DNA of 64,000 nucleotides from Acidimicrobiia bacterium (GTDB lineage Bacteria > Actinomycetota > Acidimicrobiia > Spongiisociales > ZC4RG35). Positions 60,005-64,000 of this stretch are shown here, piece by piece; positions within the stretch are counted from its first letter, which is position 1, and each line of letters starts with the position of its first letter. Both the position numbers and the translations under genes were made by a program. The stretch covers positions 912 to 64,911 of the forward strand of contig DASWKK010000066.1 of assembly GCA_036396655.1 (NCBI GenBank), written 5' to 3'. Below the pieces are notes generated by a model, which saw nothing but the letters and a program-made list of their open reading frames with translations, was not told where the DNA came from and made no database searches.

Positions 60005-61462
60005 ATGCTGAGCGACACAGATATCCAGGCCATAATCGAGCGGGTCAGGGGCCGGGTCGCCGCAGCCGAGACGAACCGACGGGCGGCTCCGGCTTTGCGT
60101 GCCTCCGACGACCTCGCCGTGTCCGATGTCCAACTCGGCGACGGCATCCACCCTTCCATCGACGATGCGGTGGCGGCGGCTCGCACTGCCTTTCTCGAAT
60201 ACCGCGAGATGGGGCTCGAATCGCGCAAGTCGATCGTCGAGGCCATGCGAGCCGCGATGTTGCGGGAGGGGGAGCGACTCGGGTACATGGCGGCTGAGGA
60301 GACCGGGATCGGGAGGGGTGAGGACAAGGCGATCAAGAACCGCCTGGTAACCACCAAGACCCCGGGGCCCGAAGACCTCGAGCCACAGGTGGTAACCGGT
60401 GACGCCGGCATGATGGTCACCGAATACGCCCCTTACGGAGTGATCGGTTCGATCACTCCGACCACAAATCCCACATCCACGATCATCAACAATTCGATCG
60501 CCATCGTGTCGGCGGGCAACGCAGTGGTCTTCAACGTCCATCCCAACGCCCGGTTGGTATCGGTCGAGAATGTCCAGCTTCTCAACCGGGCCATCGTCGG
60601 GGCCGGCGGCCCGCCGGATCTGGTGACTGCGATACCCCAGCCGACACTGGAGTCCGCGCGCCAGTTGATGCAACATCCCGAGGTTCGCGTGCTCCTGGTC
60701 ACCGGCGGCCCCGGTGTAGTCAAAGAGGCGCTCAAGACCAGCAAAAAAGCGATAACCGCCGGGCCCGGCAACCCGCCTTCGGTGGTCGACCAAACCGCCG
60801 ACATCGACAACGCGGGCCGCGCCATCGTCAGGGGAGCGTCCTTCGACAACAACGTCATCTGCACCGACGAGAAAACCACGATCGTGGTCGACACCGTCGC
60901 CGACCGTCTAGTGCAGGCGATGGTCGCCGCCGGCGCCTACCGGCTCAAGGAGCACGAGCTGAAGCGTCTGGAGCGGGTGATATTCAAGGAGATGGGGCCC
61001 CCCGGCAAACCGGGGATGATCAACACCGACTGGATAGGCAAGGACGCGGCGAGGATCCTCTCCGAGATCGGGGTGACAGTGGGGGACGAGGTGAGACTGG
61101 TCGTGGCCGAGGTCCGACGCGAGCACAACCTGGTCTGGACCGAACAGATGATGCCGGTGATGCCGGTGGTCCGGGTGAGCAACGTCGAGGATGCCATCGA
61201 TCTCGCGGTTCGCTCCGAGCACGGGTTCCGACACACCGCTTCGATCCACAGCACCAATGTGGAGACGATCACACGCATGGCCCGCGCGATGAACTGCAGC
61301 ATTTTCGTGGCCAATGGGTCCAACTTCAACGGCCTCGGAGAAGGAGGCGAAGGATTCACCTCGTTCTCGATCGCCAGCCCTACCGGGGAGGGATTGACCC
61401 GGCCGCGCACTTTCTCCAGGGTGCGCCGGGTGACGGTGGTCGGAGCCCTGCGAATTGTCTGA
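60005..61462 (+). CDS. CoA-acylating aldehyde dehydrogenase (EutE/PduP-like) with N-terminal amphipathic extension (putative encapsulation peptide)
   Basis: SITPTTNPTSTIINN, catalytic Cys region ASFDNNVICTDEK, C-terminal SPTGEGLTRPRTFSRVRR as in EutE; N-terminus DTDIQAIIERVRGRVAAA. Confidence 0.85.
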   Translation: MLSDTDIQAIIERVRGRVAAAETNRRAAPALRASDDLAVSDVQLGDGIHPSIDDAVAAARTAFLEYREMGLESRKSIVEAMRAAMLREGERLGYMAAEETGIGRGEDKAIKNRLVTTKTPGPEDLEPQVVTGDAGMMVTEYAPYGVIGSITPTTNPTSTIINNSIAIVSAGNAVVFNVHPNARLVSVENVQLLNRAIVGAGGPPDLVTAIPQPTLESARQLMQHPEVRVLLVTGGPGVVKEALKTSKKAITAGPGNPPSVVDQTADIDNAGRAIVRGASFDNNVICTDEKTTIVVDTVADRLVQAMVAAGAYRLKEHELKRLERVIFKEMGPPGKPGMINTDWIGKDAARILSEIGVTVGDEVRLVVAEVRREHNLVWTEQMMPVMPVVRVSNVEDAIDLAVRSEHGFRHTASIHSTNVETITRMARAMNCSIFVANGSNFNGLGEGGEGFTSFSIASPTGEGLTRPRTFSRVRRVTVVGALRIV

Positions 61463-62057
61463 CGGAGCGCAAGCGGTCGCCCTATTCGAGTTTGGCTCGA
61501 TCAGCGCGGGAATCGTCGCCGGTGATGCCATGGTCAAGGCCTCTCCGCTGGGAGCCATCTATGCCGGCACCGTGCACCCAGGCAAGTACCTCGTGTTGGT
61601 CACCGGAGACACGGCCAGTGTCGCCTTGGCTGTCGATGTCGGGAACGAGGTGGGGCGGGAGACAGTAAGCGACGTTGTGTTCCTCGCCGATATCCACCCG
61701 TCCGTTCCCCAGGCGATTCGGGGTAATAGCGCCCGGGCGGCAGTGGGTGACGAGGCCCTCGGCATCCTGGAGACCTCTTCGGTGGCCGCGGCTGTGGACG
61801 CCGCCGACGCAGGGGTCAAAGCTGCCGACGCCCGGCTCGCCGCTATCAGACTGGGCGACGGTTTGGGGGGTAAGGGCTATGTCCTGTTCACCGGGATAGT
61901 GGCGGAGGTCGAGGCGTCGTTGGAGGCGGCGGTGGCCCGCGCCGAAGGTCACGGGACACTGGTGCGCTCCGATCTCATCGCGCAGCTTCACGAGGAGATG
62001 GCTGACAACCTTCGCGCTGACCTCAGTTTCATGAACCGGGTCGCCGGGAGTCGATGA
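61455..62057 (+). CDS. BMC shell protein with tandem canonical BMC domains (BMC-T, PduT-like, no Cys)
   Basis: Domain 1 ALFEFGSISAGIVAGDAMVKASPL..., domain 2 ALGILETSSVAAAVDAADAGVKAADARL...; TTG start overlapping the AldDH stop, start uncertain. Confidence 0.7.
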   Translation: MSDGAQAVALFEFGSISAGIVAGDAMVKASPLGAIYAGTVHPGKYLVLVTGDTASVALAVDVGNEVGRETVSDVVFLADIHPSVPQAIRGNSARAAVGDEALGILETSSVAAAVDAADAGVKAADARLAAIRLGDGLGGKGYVLFTGIVAEVEASLEAAVARAEGHGTLVRSDLIAQLHEEMADNLRADLSFMNRVAGSR

Positions 62058-62058
62058 G

Positions 62059-62337
62059 ATGCAACTGGGCCGTGTCTTAGGAAGCGTCGTCGCCACCAAG
62101 AAGTCCCCCGGTCTGGAGGGAGTCCGGCTTCTCATCGTCCAGCCTCTCGACAAGACCCAGCAACCAAAGGGCGAGAGCGTGGTTGCTGCCGACGCGGTGT
62201 CCATGGCCGGCCCCGGCGAACTGGTGTACTTCGTTGCCTCCCGGGAGGCGGCCGAGGCTCTGCCCGAGCGGTTCGTGCCGGTCGACCACGCTGTGGTGGG
62301 CATTGTCGACCAGATTCACCTGGAATCCAGCCGATGA
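62059..62337 (+). CDS. BMC vertex pentamer protein (BMC-P) paralog 2
   Basis: MQLGRVLGSVVATKKSPGLEGVRLLIVQPLD... EutN/CcmL family. Confidence 0.8.
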   Translation: MQLGRVLGSVVATKKSPGLEGVRLLIVQPLDKTQQPKGESVVAADAVSMAGPGELVYFVASREAAEALPERFVPVDHAVVGIVDQIHLESSR

Positions 62338-62609
62338 AGGTGGGCCGGGTTGCGGGGACTGTCGTGTCCACGATCAAGGTTCCGGTTCTCGACCACCACC
62401 GGCTCCTTCTCTGCGATATCGAGGATCTGAAGGGAAGGTCGTTGGGCTACACCATCGCCGTAGACGTGGTCGATGCCGGCGTGGGCGACAAGGTGCTGAT
62501 CCTCGACGAGGGCAGCTCGGCCCGTCAGATCCTCGGTCTCGAATGGGGTGCGATCCGGGCAGTGGTGGTGGGCATCGTGGATCAGTTGGTGGTGGACGGC
62601 GCGGTGTAG
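62334..62609 (+). CDS. BMC vertex pentamer protein (BMC-P) paralog 3
   Basis: MKVGRVAGTVVSTIKVPVLDHHRLLLCDIEDL...DAGVGDKVLILDEGSSAR; ATGA overlap with paralog 2. Confidence 0.8.
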   Translation: MKVGRVAGTVVSTIKVPVLDHHRLLLCDIEDLKGRSLGYTIAVDVVDAGVGDKVLILDEGSSARQILGLEWGAIRAVVVGIVDQLVVDGAV

Positions 62610-62779
62610 CCGAAGGTACTTCGCCCAGCGCGGAGCTTCGGTTTGAAATCCGAAATAGCGGGTAAGGGCGCTGACCCGATCAACACACACCTTGAATTGA
62701 CATCGATCAACATTGCCGGGGCGGATCAGGGAGAAGCTCCTCCCTCCATCAGTGAGCTACGAGCCCTCACGCCGCCCGA

Positions 62780-62812
62780 TCCGCCCCGGCGATCAACATC
62801 GGATCGGGCCAG
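62780..62812. promoter_or_regulatory. 9-bp perfect inverted repeat with 15-bp spacer immediately upstream of the ECF sigma gene
   Basis: cccgatccg-ccccggcgatcaaca-tcggatcggg. Confidence 0.3.
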
Positions 62813-62814
62813 GC

Positions 62815-63357
62815 ATGCAGGACCATGACTTCCGCGCCCATCTCCGTGCCGCCCGTGCCGGGGATGAGCCTGCCTGGTGGGCCCTCTATCACTGGCTCGC
62901 TCCTCAGGTTCTCGGGTTTCTCCGCGTCAGCCGGGTTCCCGACCCCGAAGACGTCCTCGGTGATGTCTTCCTCGAGGTGGCTCGCCGGATCGATCGATTT
63001 CGGGGCGACGCGCGGGGGTTCAGGGCTTGGGTGTTCACCATTGCACGGGCGCGTCGCGTCGACGAGATTCGGCGCCGTGCCCGGCGTCGGGAAGACCCAC
63101 TCGACACCGGAATTCACGAGCTGTTGCCCTCTCCCCACGATGTCGAGACCGAGGCGCTCGCCATGGTCGGGCTGGACGAGTTGATCGGCCTTCTCGACCA
63201 ACTCACCGACGATCAGAGCGAAGTGCTGGTATTGCGGGCTATCGGTGGTTGGACAGCTCGTGAGGTGGGAGACATCACCGGTCGTACCACCGGATCCGTG
63301 GAGCAACTGCAACACCGGGCGACCAGGGCGCTGAGACAGCTTCTCGATGAGGCGTAA
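62815..63357 (+). CDS. ECF (sigma-70 family, group 4) RNA polymerase sigma factor
   Basis: Region 2 VFLEVARRIDRFRG...FRAWVFTIARARRVDEIRRR and region 4 HTH LTDDQSEVLVLRAIGGWTAREVGDITGRTTGSVEQLQHRA. Confidence 0.8.
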   Translation: MQDHDFRAHLRAARAGDEPAWWALYHWLAPQVLGFLRVSRVPDPEDVLGDVFLEVARRIDRFRGDARGFRAWVFTIARARRVDEIRRRARRREDPLDTGIHELLPSPHDVETEALAMVGLDELIGLLDQLTDDQSEVLVLRAIGGWTAREVGDITGRTTGSVEQLQHRATRALRQLLDEA

Positions 63358-63387
63358 GGAAATCGTCGGCTGGATCGATCCCTTCTC

Positions 63388-64000
63388 ATGCGTCAGCCAG
63401 GGCCGAGCCGCGACTCCGAAGCCTTCCTATCGGCTCTGGCTGACGAGCTGTTTGCATCCCCTGACCAATTGACCGCTCAGCGCCACGTAAAAGCTGCTGC
63501 CCGTGCTGCTGAAACAGAGCGGCAGATGAGACACTCTCGGCTCACTCGTTGGGCGGCTGCCATGGTGGCGATCACCACGTTGTTCGGCACCGGAGGCATT
63601 GCCGTCGCCGGGGGGCTTCCTCGCCCGATCCAGTCCGTGGTGGCCGACATGGCCAGGGCCCTGCCCCTTCCCATCGATGTTCCTTACCCCGCGGAGGTTG
63701 ATCGCCCGGTCGTCACCGGGGCAGCTGCCGCGCGCGATCGCAATCCCGAGGACGCCGAAGTCGAAATCGACTCCTATCAACCCGCGCCAGACGCGCTGGT
63801 CGCCCCATCTGTCCCGCCTGTCGATGGCGAGGCCATGTCGGCGGCAAGCAGCGGAGACGGCGACCTCGATCAGCATCCCATCAGGGTGCGAGAAGGTGAT
63901 CGCTGTGACTTGTCGGAGATCGAGAAGGATCGGGGCCGGCTCGACCGCGACGAGATCAAGGAGCTTCGTTTCGAGCTGCGCCTGCTGTGCGGGCTCGAGC
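63388..64000 (+). CDS. putative membrane anti-sigma factor (partial, continues past window end)
   Basis: Open frame directly downstream of the ECF sigma gene; ~55-aa cytoplasmic N-terminus, TM helix WAAAMVAITTLFGTGGIAVAGG, Pro/Ala-rich extracytoplasmic part. Confidence 0.45.
   Translation, partial: MRQPGPSRDSEAFLSALADELFASPDQLTAQRHVKAAARAAETERQMRHSRLTRWAAAMVAITTLFGTGGIAVAGGLPRPIQSVVADMARALPLPIDVPYPAEVDRPVVTGAAAARDRNPEDAEVEIDSYQPAPDALVAPSVPPVDGEAMSAASSGDGDLDQHPIRVREGDRCDLSEIEKDRGRLDRDEIKELRFELRLLCGLE

Noticed and set aside
57230-62609. Interpretation of the BMC locus as a Pdu or Eut operon
   Set aside because: No diol dehydratase, ethanolamine ammonia-lyase, reactivase, PduL/EutD or alcohol dehydrogenase genes. 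The signature enzymes are DeoC and RpiB, pointing to the sugar-phosphate class instead.

Overview
High-GC (about 65-70%) actinobacterial-type chromosomal window, judged from a WhiB1-like gene, DUF3107, Rho with an RGG-rich N-terminal insertion, nickel superoxide dismutase (NiSOD) and the gene order rho-rpmE-prfA-(prmC)-tsaC-glyA-atpIBEFHAGDC. It is mostly conserved core. From the left: a sugar ABC uptake/catabolism cluster (BKACE/Kce, two permeases, solute-binding protein, Gfo/Idh/MocA oxidoreductase); tRNA-Gln with a decayed tandem copy, then glmU-prs; a PQQ-dependent sugar dehydrogenase; whiB1-like with a CRP-type box; Ku and an ATP-dependent ligase (NHEJ) with tRNA-Arg; thrC; rho, rpmE, prfA; a 3-gene GT2/HEAT/REC cassette on the minus strand splitting prfA from prmC; tsaC, glyA and the complete F1Fo ATP synthase operon, also preceded by a CRP-type box; an ABC-F ATPase; the paaABCDE-paaR phenylacetyl-CoA epoxidase cluster; a large protein with S-layer-homology (SLH) and FG-GAP repeats; korAB; an amidase; sodN with a divergent SodX peptidase domain fused to an AlkA-like glycosylase; and metG. 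The most interesting region is at the right end (57.2-62.6 kb): a compact bacterial microcompartment (BMC) locus of the sugar-phosphate-utilising (SPU) kind. It encodes RpiB, DeoC, an EutE-like acylating aldehyde dehydrogenase, one BMC-H shell protein, two BMC-T (one permuted, one tandem canonical) and three BMC-P vertex paralogs. All three enzymes carry N-terminal amphipathic extensions that look like encapsulation peptides, and the locus is flanked by an HTH protein and an ECF sigma/anti-sigma pair. No CRISPR arrays, rRNA or obvious transposases are present. Many long antisense ORFs in the track are high-GC frame artefacts.
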